A stretch of 64,000 nucleotides of DNA from an uncultured Actinomycetota bacterium (GTDB taxonomy: Bacteria > Actinomycetota > Actinomycetes > Actinomycetales > CAWJMD01). A program made the translations under genes and the position numbers. Below the pieces are notes generated by a model. The model was not told where the DNA came from and ran no database searches. It worked only from the letters and a program-made list of their open reading frames with translations. Below are positions 48,525 to 59,362 of the stretch, piece by piece (the first letter of the stretch is position 1; each line of letters opens with the position of its first letter). Location of the stretch: NCBI GenBank assembly GCA_963750285.1, contig CAVVQA010000010.1:113058-177057 (forward strand), read 5' to 3'.

Positions 48525-49816
48525 ATGCGCCACCCCGACCCGTCCGCGACGGGACGTCGCCCGACCGCTCGGTCGGGCGCTCGTCGCCGGTGCCGTCGTG
48601 CTGGCCGTCCTGGTCAGCGGCGTCGGCCGCCTCGGCCGACCCGCGCGAGCGCAAGCGGGAGGTCGACAGCTCGATCGAGGAGCTCCAGGAGGCCCTGAGC
48701 GGCACGTCGAAGGAGCTGCAGGCGGCGTACGCGGCGCTGGCGAGCACCCAGGCGCAGATCCCGGTCGCGCAGGCGGCGCTGGACACGGCGCTGTCGGCCG
48801 AGGCCGCCGCCGAGCAGCTCGACGCCGAGCTGGCGGTGCGGCTCGAGGCCGCCCGCACGACGCAGGAGCAGGCGCAGGCCGAGCTGGACGAGAGCAGCGC
48901 CGAGATCGAGCGCACCCGCACCGACATCGGGCGGATGGCCGGCGAGGTCTACCGCTCGGGCGTGGCCTCGCCGCAGCTGAGCATCGTGCTCGGGGCGCAG
49001 AGCCCGGACGACTTCGCCACCCGCTACACCATGGCCGACACCGTGCTGCGGGCCCGGATCGGCACCCTGACCTCGCTGGGCGAGCGGAAGGCGGTGCAGG
49101 CCAACGCGCAGGCACGGGTCGACGCCGTCGAGGTGGAGGTCGCCGACCTGCGTCAGCAGGCCGCCGACGCGCTCGCCGCCGCCGAGCAGGCCCGGGCCGA
49201 CGCCGCCGCGCGGCGCACCGAGCTCGACGGCCTGCTGGCCGCCCAGCAGGCGGCGACGGCCCAGATCGCTGCCCGCAAGGCCGAGGAGGAGACCAAGCTC
49301 GCGGCCTACGAGGCCGAGCAGGCCGCGCTCGCGGCCGAGCTGCGGCGGATCGCCGAGGAGGAGCGTCGCCGGGCCGCCGAGGAGGCGCGCAAGGCGCGCG
49401 AGGCCGGCCGCCGGGTCCCGGCCGCCGCCTCGGGCAACGGGAGCCTGTCGCGCCCGGTGGACGGCTACATCACCTCGGGCTTCGGCTACCGGATCCACCC
49501 GATCTACGGCACCCGCCGCCTGCACGCCGGCACCGACTTCGGGTCGCCGTGCGGCACGCCGGTCCGGGCAGCGGCGCCGGGATCGGTGGTCTCGGCCGGC
49601 TGGGGCGGCGGGTACGGCAACCGGATCATCGTGTCCCACGGCAGCGGCATGGCCACCACCTACAACCACCTGTCGCGGTACGCGGTGCGAGGCGGCTCGG
49701 TGTCGCGCGGCCAGGTGATCGGCTACGTCGGCACCACCGGGTCGTCCACCGGGTGCCACCTGCACTTCGAGGTCCGGATCAACGGGACGCCGGTCAATCC
49801 GATGGGTTACCTCTAG
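48525..49816 (+). CDS. Secreted coiled-coil M23 peptidase (EnvC/PcsB-like, FtsEX-associated), two frameshifts in the signal region
   Basis: RBS then ATG ~48525. The signal peptide is RPLGRALVAGAVVLAVLVSGV. A long Ala/Glu/Gln coiled-coil follows, then the M23 domain (HAGTDFG...GYGNRIIVSHG...GCHLHFEV). Confidence 0.75.
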
Positions 49817-49837
49817 AGGAGTCCGTAGACTCGTCCG

Positions 49838-50320
49838 ATGCCCAAGGAGCAAGGCCGCAAGCTCGTCGCGAGCAACCGCAAGGCGCGGCACGACTACCAC
49901 ATCGACGACACCTTCGAGGCCGGCCTGGTGCTGACCGGCACGGAGGTCAAGGCGCTGCGCATGGGCCGTGCCTCGCTCGTCGACGGCTGGGCGAGCGTCG
50001 ACGGCGGCGGCGAGGCCTGGCTCGAGGGCGTGCACATCCCGGAGTACCTCAACGGCACCTGGACCAACCACGCGCCGCGGCGCAAGCGCAAGCTGCTGCT
50101 GCACCGCGAGGAGATCGTGAAGCTGGCCTCGCGCGCCAACGACAAGGGCTACACGATCGTGCCGCTGTCGCTGTACTTCAAGGACGGCCGGGCCAAGGTC
50201 GAGATCGCGATGGCGCGGGGCAAGAAGGAGTACGACAAGCGGCACACCCTGCGCGAGCAGCAGGACAGCCGCGAGGCGGCCCGCGCGATGTCGGACTCGC
50301 TGCGCAAGCGCCGCCGCTGA
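49838..50320 (+). CDS. smpB: SsrA-binding protein SmpB
   Basis: [41 protein letters not shown]... Confidence 0.92.
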   Translation: MPKEQGRKLVASNRKARHDYHIDDTFEAGLVLTGTEVKALRMGRASLVDGWASVDGGGEAWLEGVHIPEYLNGTWTNHAPRRKRKLLLHREEIVKLASRANDKGYTIVPLSLYFKDGRAKVEIAMARGKKEYDKRHTLREQQDSREAARAMSDSLRKRRR

Positions 50321-50537
50321 CCTGGCTCTCGGTCCTCACAGGCAGGTATCGGGGCAGGGGGTCCGCGGCTCGTCCTCGGGTGACGAGCAGGCGGGCGCGA
50401 CGACGGGCACGTGGCGAGCTGCGCCGATCGTCCGCGTTTCGTGAGACCCGGGGTGGATCGCCCGCGCGCCGCGTGGCAAGGTCAGGGCAGCGCCGTCCGT
50501 CGACGGCGCCGGACCAGGCACGACGAGGAGCACCACG

Positions 50538-51865
50538 GTGGCGTCCCCCACCCACGGCCAGCCGCGGGTGATCCGGCTCGGACCGCGCCCGCGCGCGGCC
50601 GCTGACGACGCGCACCGTCCGGGCGGTCGGACCCGCCGGGTGCGGCGCCTCGCCGTCCGTCCCGGCCGCCGCGGTCCTGGTCGTCGCCTCGCTGCTGTGG
50701 CCCTTCCTGGTCCTCGCCCCGCTGGCCGGGGCCGGTCCGGACCAGGTGCGGCTCGTGCAGGACGACGACACCGCCGACCTCGGCGTCGCGTACGGCCCCG
50801 GCGGCGCCGGGACCGTCACCGCCGACGACGGGCTCGTCGTCGACCAGGTGAGCGCGGCGCTGCTGAAGATCACGCCACCCGGACTCAGCGAGCCCGGCAC
50901 GCGTGCTCGACCCCTCGGCGCTGGCGGCGTCCGGCATCCCCGAGGTCGCGCTGCGCGCCTACGAGGCGGCCGAGTCCGCGCTCGCGCAGTCGGACCCGGG
51001 CTGCGCGCTGCCGTGGTGGCTGCTCGCCGGGATCGGGCGGGTCGAGTCGAACCACGGGCGGTTCGCCGGCGCGGTGCTGCTCGCGGACGGCACGTCGTCC
51101 CCGCCGGTGATCGGCATCCCGCTCGACGGCCGCGAGGGCGTCGCGCTGATCACCGACTCCGACGACGGCCTGCTCGACGGCGACACCACCTACGACCGGG
51201 CCGTCGGCCCGATGCAGTTCATCCCCACGACCTGGGCCGGCTGGCAGGCCGACGGCGACGGCGACGGCCGGGCCGACCCGCACGACGTCACGACGCGGCC
51301 CTGGCGGCCGGCCGGTACCTGTGCGGCGGCGGCGCCGACCTGTCCACCGAGGACGGCCTGCGGTCGGCGGTGTTCCGCTACAACCACAGCGACGCCTACG
51401 TCGACCTGGTGCTGGCGATCGGTCGCGCGTACGCGACCGGCACGACGCCGGTGCTCCCGGTCGGGGACGCGCACCGCGCCCGCGCCGACGACCTCGGCAC
51501 CGGTGCCCACCACGACCCCGCCGCCGACGACCTCGCCGACGGCCGCGCCGACCACCACGCCGCCGACGACCTCGCCCACGACGTCGCCGACCGACCCGGT
51601 GCCCACCTGCACGCCGGCGCCCGACCCCACCGGGTCGCCGACGACGACGACCAGCCCGCCGACGACCAGCCCGCCGACGACACCGCCGACCACGTCGCCG
51701 ACGGACCCGCCGACGCTGCCGCCGTGCGACCCGTGCCCCACCGCCGACCCGACCGGCACGCCCACGACCGACCCGACGGGCGGCCCGACGCCGAGCCCGA
51801 CGTGCACCGTGCCGACGACGGCGCCGCCGACCGACCCGACGGGCACCGGGACCACCACGCCCTGA
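50538..51865 (+). CDS. Second secreted lytic-transglycosylase-domain paralogue with long Pro/Thr-rich tail, frameshifted; start uncertain
   Basis: A TM/signal AAAVLVVASLLWPFLVLAPLAGA. The core CALPWWLLAGIGRVESNHG...GPMQFIPTTW...DPHDVTT is a paralogue of 18315-19380. The tail PTTTPPPTTSPTAAPTTTPPTTSP...TGTGTTTP* is read in frame 50903-51865. Confidence 0.5.
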
Positions 51866-52206
51866 GCTCGCGCGTCCGTCCCTCGCGAAATGCGTTGGAC
51901 CGCAGGGCGGTCCGGGCTCCACCCTTGGTGGCGGTCGTCGTGAGCGGCGAGCCGGCGGTCGCCGGTCCTCGTCCCGCGTGTGAGCGGCGGCCCGGCTCTG
52001 TCACAGCCACGGGACCTCGGATCTCGAGCGCGGTTCAACTCCGCATCACACAAGCGACGGTCGCCGCACCGTGCCCCTCGCGGGGTGGCGGCAGCCGCCC
52101 TGCGGGCGCGCCCAGGTGGGCGTCGTCCCCGTGGCTGCTGCCGGTGCGGCGGCCGTCGCACCCGAGCGACGAACACATCAGACCGACGAGCGAGGAGGTG
52201 GGCACG

Positions 52207-52872
52207 ATGGCACGGATCACGGTGCACGAGGGATGGGTGGCGGTGGTGCGGCGCGACGCGCGGGTGCTCGCCGTCCTCGGGGCGGGCCGGCACCGGCTGC
52301 CCCGGCCGGTGTGGCGGCGGCGGGTCGACCTCGTCGACCAGCGGCAGGCGCTGCTCCTGGTGACCGGCCAGGAGGTCGCGACGGCCGACGTGCCGGGCGC
52401 GAAGGTGTCGGTGCTCGCCCGGTGGCGGGTGGCCGACGCGGTCGCCTTCCTCGACCGGGCGCAGCTGCCGGAGGAGCAGCTCCGGCTCGCCGTCCAGCTC
52501 GCGGTGCGGGACTGGGCGGCGTCGGTGCCGCTCGAGGTGGCGGTGGCCGACCGGGCCGCGGCCACGGGACCGCTGACGGCGTCCGTGCGGGCCGCGGTCG
52601 CCGACGTCGGGATCGAGGTCGAGGAGGTCGCGGTGCGCGACGTCGTCGTCCCGGGCGAGATCCGGCGGGCGGTGCTCGCCCTCGCGACGGCACGGCAGGA
52701 GGGCCAGGTGGCCCTCGAGCGGGCGCGGTCGGAGACGGCCGCGCTGCGGGCGATGGCCAACGGCGCGCGGGTGCTGGCCGATCACCCCGACCTGGCCCGG
52801 CTGCGGCTGGCCCAGGCGGCCGGCGAGGCCGGCGGCACCGTGGTGATCGAGATCGGCCGGCCCACGGGCTGA
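52207..52872 (+). CDS. SPFH/band-7 domain protein
   Basis: 221 aa. The SPFH-like core is followed by an Ala-rich helical C-terminus (RQEGQVALERARSETAALRAMANG). Confidence 0.6.
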   Translation: MARITVHEGWVAVVRRDARVLAVLGAGRHRLPRPVWRRRVDLVDQRQALLLVTGQEVATADVPGAKVSVLARWRVADAVAFLDRAQLPEEQLRLAVQLAVRDWAASVPLEVAVADRAAATGPLTASVRAAVADVGIEVEEVAVRDVVVPGEIRRAVLALATARQEGQVALERARSETAALRAMANGARVLADHPDLARLRLAQAAGEAGGTVVIEIGRPTG

Positions 52873-53045
52873 CGGGCGGTGGCGGTGGGGGCGTGGTGGC
52901 GGTGGGGCTGCACCCGCCGCCACCACCGCCGCGGCAGGTGGCAGTGGAGCGGTCACGCGGAATCACCGGCGCACGACGTCCGTTGCACCAGGTAGCCTGA
53001 GGTCGTCCGGACGGTTCGCCGCCCGGCTGCAGGTACAACTGCACA

Positions 53046-53413
53046 GGGGGTGACTGGTTTCGACGTCGGATGTCGAACTAGGGGAAGCGGGTCGAGGACG
53101 CGGGGTTATCTCGTAAACGCCCTCCGCAAAACACAGGTGCCGATTCCAATCGCACCGACTTCGCCCTCGCCGCCTGAGCGAGCCGCGATAGTCCGTCAGC
53201 CCGGGAGTGCTCTCGACCCGGTAGCTGGCGTCAGCTAGAGAGCCACTGCTGTCAGCACTCGTCGTCGGTGCTGACGGGACTTCTAGGCGACTGGGCCCGT
53301 CGGCGGACATGCTCGCGTGAGCGCCGGGGCCGAGAAAAGCCGTAGCGAGCTGCACCCGGAGAAGCCCTAGGGGTACGACGACGGACGGGAGTTCGATTCT
53401 CCCCACCTCCACA
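53046..53413 (+). ncRNA. ssrA: tmRNA (ssrA), 368 nt; tag reading frame encodes ADSNRTDFALAA*
   Basis: The 5' end GGGGGTGACTGGTTTCGACGTCGGATGTCGAACTAGGGGAAGCG and the 3' end GGACGGGAGTTCGATTCTCCCCACCTCCACA closely resemble mycobacterial tmRNA (tRNA-like T-arm and acceptor). There is an internal resume codon GCC followed by the tag ORF ending ...GCCCTCGCCGCCTGA. It lies 2.7 kb downstream of smpB. Confidence 0.9.
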
Positions 53414-53472
53414 GTCACGCAGGACGAACCCTGCGCCGCGGACAGCGGCGCAGGGTTTCTGCTGTCTCCCGC

Positions 53473-54882
53473 CTACTGGGTGGCGTGCTCGTACGTCGAT
53501 CGTGAACCGGTCATCAGCTGGCGCGCTGCGACTCCGATGACGGCGCTGTAGGTCGGGTAGGCGAACTCCACCCGCGCGAGCGTCGCCACGTCGACCCCCG
53601 CTGCCATCGAGGCGGTCACCGCCGACACGACCTCGATCGCCTGCTCGCCCACCGCGTGCGCGCCGAGGAGCAGCTCGCGCCGGCTGTCGGTGATCAGCTT
53701 GAGGAACCCGCGCGTGCGGTCGTCGATGACCGGCCGTTCCATGCTGGCGTAGTCGATGTGGGCGACGCCGTACGCCATGCCCCGGTCCCGGGCCTGCTCC
53801 TCGGTGAGACCCACTCCCGCGTAGTCCGGGTCGGTGAATCCTCCTGCGGGCAGCAGGTGGTGCGGGGCGCGGGTCCTGGCCCCGAGGACGGCGTTGAGGG
53901 CCGCGGCCTCGGCCTCGAAGTGCGCCGCCTGGACGAGCATGGCCTGCTGGTTGACGTCGCCCGCGGCGTAGATGTGCGGCACGTCGGTACGGAGGTGCTC
54001 GTCGACGGGGATGCCGCCTCTCGACGCCGTCACCCCGGCGGCCTCCAGCCCGAGGCCTCCGATGGACGCAGGCCAGCCGGTGGCGGTGATCACCGCGTCG
54101 TAGGTCGATCGGCGCTCCTCGCCGCCGCGGCGCCAGGTCAGCTCGATCCCGTCGTCCGAGCGCACCAGGGAGACGACGGCGTCCACCGAGGTCTCCACCC
54201 GGACACCCTGCTCGACGAACGCCTGGGCCACAGCGGCGGACACCGCGGCGTCCGTGTGCGCCAGGATCCGCGGCTCCTTGTCGAGCAGCGTGACGTCCGC
54301 GCCGAGCGCCCCGAAGACGGTGACCAGCTGTGCGCCCGTGTTGCCGGCGCCCACGACGGCGAGTCGCCGTGGCACGGAGGGCAGGTCGAGGATCTGCTCG
54401 GGCAGGGTCGCGAGCTCGGCTCCGGGGATCGGCAACCGTCGCGACCGCCCGCCGACGCAGATGATGACCGAGTCGGCGCGCACCCGGCGGCCGGTGGCGG
54501 CGAGCTCGACCTCGTGCGGGCCGGTGAAACGGGCTCGGCCCTCCATCAGCAGGTCGACGCCCGCGGCGGCCAGCTTCTGCGGCTCGGCCTTCGCCTGTTG
54601 CACCCGCTCGACCGTGGCACGAACCCGGGCGACCGTGACCGGCCAGTCCACGGCCTGCTCGGACACCGAGATGCCGTAGGTGTCGGCGGTGCGCACCTCC
54701 CGCATCAGCCGCGCCGTCTTCGCCAGCACCCGCGTCGGCACGCAGCCGCTGTTGACGCAGCTGCCGCCCGTGCGTGACTGCTCGGCCACGGCCACGGTGG
54801 CGCCGAGCTCGGCGGCGCGCAGGGCAGCCGCCGTGCCCGCGGGCCCGCCGCCGATGACGAGCACATCGTAGAAGTCGCTCAC
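53473..54882 (-). CDS. Class I pyridine-nucleotide-disulfide oxidoreductase (Lpd/mycothione-reductase-like)
   Basis: FAD site VIGGGPAGTAAA, a redox-active disulfide GGSCVNSGCVP, an NAD site VVGAGNTGAQ, and a dimerisation domain. Confidence 0.8.
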   Translation of the reverse strand: MSDFYDVLVIGGGPAGTAAALRAAELGATVAVAEQSRTGGSCVNSGCVPTRVLAKTARLMREVRTADTYGISVSEQAVDWPVTVARVRATVERVQQAKAEPQKLAAAGVDLLMEGRARFTGPHEVELAATGRRVRADSVIICVGGRSRRLPIPGAELATLPEQILDLPSVPRRLAVVGAGNTGAQLVTVFGALGADVTLLDKEPRILAHTDAAVSAAVAQAFVEQGVRVETSVDAVVSLVRSDDGIELTWRRGGEERRSTYDAVITATGWPASIGGLGLEAAGVTASRGGIPVDEHLRTDVPHIYAAGDVNQQAMLVQAAHFEAEAAALNAVLGARTRAPHHLLPAGGFTDPDYAGVGLTEEQARDRGMAYGVAHIDYASMERPVIDDRTRGFLKLITDSRRELLLGAHAVGEQAIEVVSAVTASMAAGVDVATLARVEFAYPTYSAVIGVAARQLMTGSRSTYEHATQ

Positions 54883-54932
54883 GGGACCAAACGTCCCACG
54901 GCTCGCTGCTCGTTCTCCTCAGTGACACAGGG

Positions 54933-55291
54933 TTGATGGCCGCCGTGCGCAGGTTCATCCTTGATCCCATGGGCGTCATCGAGCTCGACCTCGAACGCAC
55001 CATCGAGGCGCCCGTCGAGGCGGTGTTCGCGCGGCTGGCCGCCAGCGGCCCCACACGGTGGTCCACCACTGGTGGGACCGGACGAGGTCCGGCCGGCTCA
55101 AGGCCGAGGGCTGGCCGGGCTACTCGCTGCAGAGCGTCTCCGACGGCACGACGCTCGTGCGGCACCACGCGAAGATGCACACGTACGGCCTCTCTCGCCT
55201 GGCCACGCCGATGTTCCGGCGGATCGCCCTCAAGGAGCGCACCGCCACCATGGAGGCACTCAAGGCGTCGTTCGAGAAGAACGCGTTGTAG
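54933..55291 (+). CDS. SRPBCC (polyketide-cyclase/START-like) family protein, frameshifted
   Basis: MGVIELDLERTIEAPVEAVFARLA is the typical SRPBCC opening. The C-terminal part is in frame 55058-55291. Confidence 0.45.
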
Positions 55292-55310
55292 GGCAACGGC
55301 TCCCGTTCGG

Positions 55311-55526
55311 CTAGCGGTTCTCGGCGGACCAGTGCTCGAACAGCACCTCCGGCTCGGTGGCGAACAGATCGACGTGTCCGCAACGTCTGCAGACCCATGC
55401 CGCCAGCGGCGTGGTCCTCGGACGCCCGAGCGGACGCGACCGCATCGTGGAGACGAGCACGTTGCCCTCGCCCATCCCGGTCTCCGGATAAGGCGCAGCG
55501 GTCCGAACACGTCGGCGGACGCGCAC
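55311..55526 (-). CDS. Small hypothetical protein (71 aa, one CxxC)
   Basis: ORF only. WVCRRCGHVDLFATEPEVLFEHW. No family recognised. Confidence 0.25.
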   Translation of the reverse strand: MRVRRRVRTAAPYPETGMGEGNVLVSTMRSRPLGRPRTTPLAAWVCRRCGHVDLFATEPEVLFEHWSAENR

Positions 55527-55611
55527 GCGCGACAGCTGGACGGCGGATCCTGGAGTGGATCGCTCATGGAGGTCTCCTCTGTCGAGCGGCGACAGGCAGG
55601 CACGCTAGTCG

Positions 55612-56286
55612 TCAGTCGGGGTCTCTCAGGGGCTCGAGCGCGTCGAGGACGAGGTCGAGGCCGAAGGCGAACTCCTCTGCCGGGTCGTAGTCGGCAGCGA
55701 CGAGCGCCGCGGCCGACTCGTTGAGGTAGGGGTACTCGTCAGGAGGAAGCTGCGGCAGGAAGACGCCCTCGGCCATGTCCGCGAACTCATCGGCGGTGTC
55801 GAACGGCAGGCTGGCTGCCTGGAGGGCGAACCCGTAGACGTAGGCGTCGAGCAACCAGTTGGCGTGCGTCGCCATCACGACCGAGAAGCCGGCCCGTCGC
55901 AGGCAGGCGGTGACCGCTTCGCGGTGGCGGAGGTGCGCGGGCCCCGGCGACGTCCGCGACTCCATCAGGCCGATCGCCCACGGGTGGCGTGCGAGAACCT
56001 CTCGGGCGGACGCCGAACGCTGTCGCATCGCCGACCGCCAGTCGGTCCCCTCGGCCGGGAGCTCGATCTCCTCGAACACGACGTCGATCATCGCGTCCAG
56101 CAGCTCCTCCTTGTTCGCCACGTAGTGGTAGAGCGACATCGCGCCCGCACCGAGCTCGCCGGCCAGTCGGCGCATGCTCAGCCCGTCGACGCCCTCGCGG
56201 TCGGCGAGACGCAGTGCCTCGAGCACCACCCGCTGCTTGCTCAGCCCTGCGCCAGACCCGACCTGGGGTTGTTCCCTCGCAGACAC
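55612..56286 (-). CDS. TetR/AcrR-family transcriptional regulator
   Basis: LEALRLADREGVDGLSMRRLAGELGAGAMSLYHYVANKEELL. Confidence 0.85.
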   Translation of the reverse strand: MSAREQPQVGSGAGLSKQRVVLEALRLADREGVDGLSMRRLAGELGAGAMSLYHYVANKEELLDAMIDVVFEEIELPAEGTDWRSAMRQRSASAREVLARHPWAIGLMESRTSPGPAHLRHREAVTACLRRAGFSVVMATHANWLLDAYVYGFALQAASLPFDTADEFADMAEGVFLPQLPPDEYPYLNESAAALVAADYDPAEEFAFGLDLVLDALEPLRDPD

Positions 56287-56425
56287 CGGTCTCCTCGTTG
56301 CCTGGGCATGTTGACAGTCGTACAGCGTACGCCCATAGTACGGCGTACGAACTCGGTCGTACGGCGTACGAGCGTGCGGTGAACGAGCAGGCGATGGTCG
56401 CCGGCTCGGATCTGAGGAGGCTCCT

Positions 56426-57169
56426 GTGGGAACCGAACAGCGATCGAAGGCCGGAGCACGGGTCGTGCCAGGAGCGGATCCGGCCGGGGCGGCGACGATG
56501 CGCGTCGTCGGCGCGACGGCGATCGCGCTCGCAGCGTCGATAGCGATCCAGAACGCGATGTTCGTCGGTGTCGATGCTCCTGGCTACGGGGACCCGATCG
56601 AGGAGGTGCTCGCCTGGCACGCGCAGAACCGGGTCGTGGTCGCGATCGCCGTCGGTCAGGAGGCCCTGCACCTGCCGTTGCTGCTCGGGTTCGTGACCGG
56701 TCTCCACGGGATCATCGGGCGTCGCGGGGGTGCGGGTGCGGACTGGTCGCGCCTCGCAGTGGCCGCGGGCGCGACTCTCTCGGCGGTCTACGCGCTCTAC
56801 GCCGTTCTGTGGATCGGGGTCGTGCTGTCCGCCGGCGGGCTCGCCGAGCCGAGCCCGACGTTCGAGCTCGCCTGGCAGCTGCATGCAGCAGCGTTCGCCT
56901 TGGCGCTGCCGGCGCTCGGCACCACCCTGATCGGCGTTGCGCTGGCAGCGCATGCGAGCCGGCTGACGCCGCCGTGGCAGCGTCTGCTCGGCGTGGCTGG
57001 GGGAGGCCTGCTGCTCGCCGCCGGGGTGGCCAGCCTCGCGATCGCGGACGGCTCGGCGTTGTTGCTCGTGGGGCTGCCCGGCCTCGCCGCCTGGCTGGTG
57101 TGGCTGCTGGCGACCGGCGTACGGCTGGTGCGCGCTCGGACAGCCGACCGTCCGGACCGTATCCGCTGA
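56426..57169 (+). CDS. Hypothetical polytopic membrane protein, divergent from the TetR gene
   Basis: Six predicted hydrophobic helices. The likely start is the internal MRVVGATAIALAAS. Confidence 0.45.
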   Translation: MGTEQRSKAGARVVPGADPAGAATMRVVGATAIALAASIAIQNAMFVGVDAPGYGDPIEEVLAWHAQNRVVVAIAVGQEALHLPLLLGFVTGLHGIIGRRGGAGADWSRLAVAAGATLSAVYALYAVLWIGVVLSAGGLAEPSPTFELAWQLHAAAFALALPALGTTLIGVALAAHASRLTPPWQRLLGVAGGGLLLAAGVASLAIADGSALLLVGLPGLAAWLVWLLATGVRLVRARTADRPDRIR

Positions 57170-57528
57170 CAACGCTTCTCGCGCCCGCATCCGTCTCGAC
57201 GCGGTAGGCAAGCCGCGCCGCGCGTGGCCGGGACACGGGTGGAGCTTGACCCCGGTTACCGCACACGTTCGATGTGGTGATCATGCCGCCGCGATAGCGG
57301 CGGAGCGTCGCAGCGCTGCGATCCCTGCCGGGTAAGTATCACCGCCGAGCTGGGTGCGAGCAGATCGTCGTGGAGCCGGACGAGGCGGGTCGCAGACGCG
57401 CTCATGGTCATGGTCTGACCGCGACACCGCGGCTTCTAGAGCCTGACAGGTTCCGCATGGACCGTTCGGCTGATCTGCGTCAGCGGCGCCGCACGTAGCC
57501 TGCTCGTCGCGGGGGCACGGGCCTCCAA

Positions 57529-58347
57529 TTGGTCAACCACTATGAGGCAGCCGTGAAAGTTCGACCGTTCGCTGTCGCGGTCGCATCGATGCTGCTCGTC
57601 TCAGGAGTAGCCGTCGTGGGGCCGGCGTACTCGACGCCGGACACCACCGCGCCGCAGGTGAAGCTGGCTGCGGCTGCGTTCGTGAAGAAGGGCGCGGCGA
57701 TCGGCACCGACGCTAACCGGTCCTTGCCGGCGAACATCACGTGGAAGACCTCCGACCCGTCCGGCATCTGCGAACAGTCGATGGAACTCATTAAGTACTA
57801 CACCGACGGTAGTGACGACGGCGATGATCCTGGCATCGTCGAGAGGCCCCCGCTGACCGCGGCTGCCCGGCAAGCCACAGTCAGATTCGGGCTGGAGTAC
57901 TACCAGTACCTGGTCCGACTTCGCGTCAGCGACTGCGCGGGCAACGTGACGAGCGCGAATTGGGCGTACTACCCGTACGAGTGGTCGCCGGAGTGGGGCC
58001 CGAACCGGCCGTACCGCGACTTCACGACGACCGGCTCGTGGACGTCCGCGCGATGTGCGTGCTGGACGGACGGCGCCGTGATGACGTCCAGCCAGCCCGG
58101 CGCCCGGGCCCGCTTCACGTCGACCGTCAACTCCGGCGTCGCCATCGTCGGGAACACGGCGGCCAACCGGGGCAAGGTGCGGATCTGGGTGGACGGCAGA
58201 GCCGTCACGACGCTCGACCTCAAGGGACCCACCGTCAACCGCACGGTCATCTTCGCTCAGCGGTGGCCTGACTACGGCACGCACACGATCGAGCTCGAGG
58301 TTGTCTCGGGACGTGTCGACCTCGACGCGATCGTCAGCATCGACTGA
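57529..58347 (+). CDS. Secreted hypothetical protein, paralogue family member 2
   Basis: A signal peptide, lower GC, and the C-terminal module ...WTSARCACW...ARFTSTV...VRIWVDGRAVTTLD...NRTVIFAQRW..GTHTIELEVV..RVDLDAIV. Confidence 0.7.
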   Translation: MVNHYEAAVKVRPFAVAVASMLLVSGVAVVGPAYSTPDTTAPQVKLAAAAFVKKGAAIGTDANRSLPANITWKTSDPSGICEQSMELIKYYTDGSDDGDDPGIVERPPLTAAARQATVRFGLEYYQYLVRLRVSDCAGNVTSANWAYYPYEWSPEWGPNRPYRDFTTTGSWTSARCACWTDGAVMTSSQPGARARFTSTVNSGVAIVGNTAANRGKVRIWVDGRAVTTLDLKGPTVNRTVIFAQRWPDYGTHTIELEVVSGRVDLDAIVSID

Positions 58348-58388
58348 TGGTCCTGGTCCGAATTGCCAACTCAAGACTGGAGTCACCT

Positions 58389-59318
58389 GTGCGCCTCCTC
58401 CGACGCCCATCACTGCCGTCCTTCCTCGCCGGCGCCGTCTGCGCCACGGTCTTCGTCGGGGTACCGGCCGTCGCGGCAGTGGTCGGCTCCGACCAGAACC
58501 CCGCGGTCTTCGACGGCACCACGCCGTCGCTCATCGTTCAGCCGGCGCAGTTCTCCATTGGTACAAGCATCGACTCCGCTTATGACTCATGCTTCGGCGG
58601 CCAGTACGGCTACCAGCAGGTGCCGGTGAAGCTCAGGTGGGACGCGACCGACAGCACCGCTGGCGTCTCTTCTTTTGATGTCTACGAGGCAGGAAACGGC
58701 GGCGAAAACGGCTCGGAACTACTCCTCGACCACACCAGAAGCAACACCATCGACGTCCTCACGAGCTCCTACGACGGAGCCTGCGGCGGCGGCTGGGAAC
58801 CCGACCTGTGGTGGGTCACCGCCCGCGACTTCCGCGGAGCAACCGCCACGTCCTCCACGATCGCAGGAGCCCTGGACGTCTGGGACGACACCGGGACCTC
58901 GTACTCAGAGCGGCACGGCGATCTGGCGACGACCCGGACCGGTACGTGGTCGACGTCGCGGTGCGCCTGCGCCAACTTCGGGTCCACGAGCTACACCACC
59001 GCGAGAAACGCCTCGATCACCTACACGATCACGGTCGACAAGCCCGGACGCACCATCGCGATCGTCGCTCCCAAGAGCAGCACCCGCGGGGTTATGAACA
59101 TCAGCGTGGACGGCGCGACAGCACAAGCCGTGAACACGAACGCCACCACCACGATGAACCGCGTCATCGTCTGGCAACGGACCCTCGGCGCCGGTACGCA
59201 CACCGTAAAGGTCACCAACGCGGGAACGTCGGGCCAGAGCCGGATCGACGTTGACACACTCATGCTCGGCCCGGCCTGGACTGGCGAGGTGCGACTCAAC
59301 CTGTACGACCAGAACTAG
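58389..59318 (+). CDS. Secreted hypothetical protein, paralogue family member 3
   Basis: A GTG start after RBS ggagt gives VRLLRRPSLPSFLAGAVCATVFVGVPAVAAVVG. The module reads ...WSTSRCACANFG..ASITYTIT...MNISVDGATAQAVNTN...NRVIVWQR..GTHTVKVTN...RIDVDTLML. Confidence 0.7.
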   Translation: MRLLRRPSLPSFLAGAVCATVFVGVPAVAAVVGSDQNPAVFDGTTPSLIVQPAQFSIGTSIDSAYDSCFGGQYGYQQVPVKLRWDATDSTAGVSSFDVYEAGNGGENGSELLLDHTRSNTIDVLTSSYDGACGGGWEPDLWWVTARDFRGATATSSTIAGALDVWDDTGTSYSERHGDLATTRTGTWSTSRCACANFGSTSYTTARNASITYTITVDKPGRTIAIVAPKSSTRGVMNISVDGATAQAVNTNATTTMNRVIVWQRTLGAGTHTVKVTNAGTSGQSRIDVDTLMLGPAWTGEVRLNLYDQN

Positions 59319-59339
59319 GCGGTCTTGCGCCAAACAAGT

Positions 59340-59362
59340 TGCCAGGCCCGGCGAGCCTGGCA
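59340..59362 (+). terminator. Hairpin just after the paralogue-3 stop (8-bp stem, 7-nt loop)
   Basis: tgccaggc-ccggcga-gcctggca. Confidence 0.35.
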
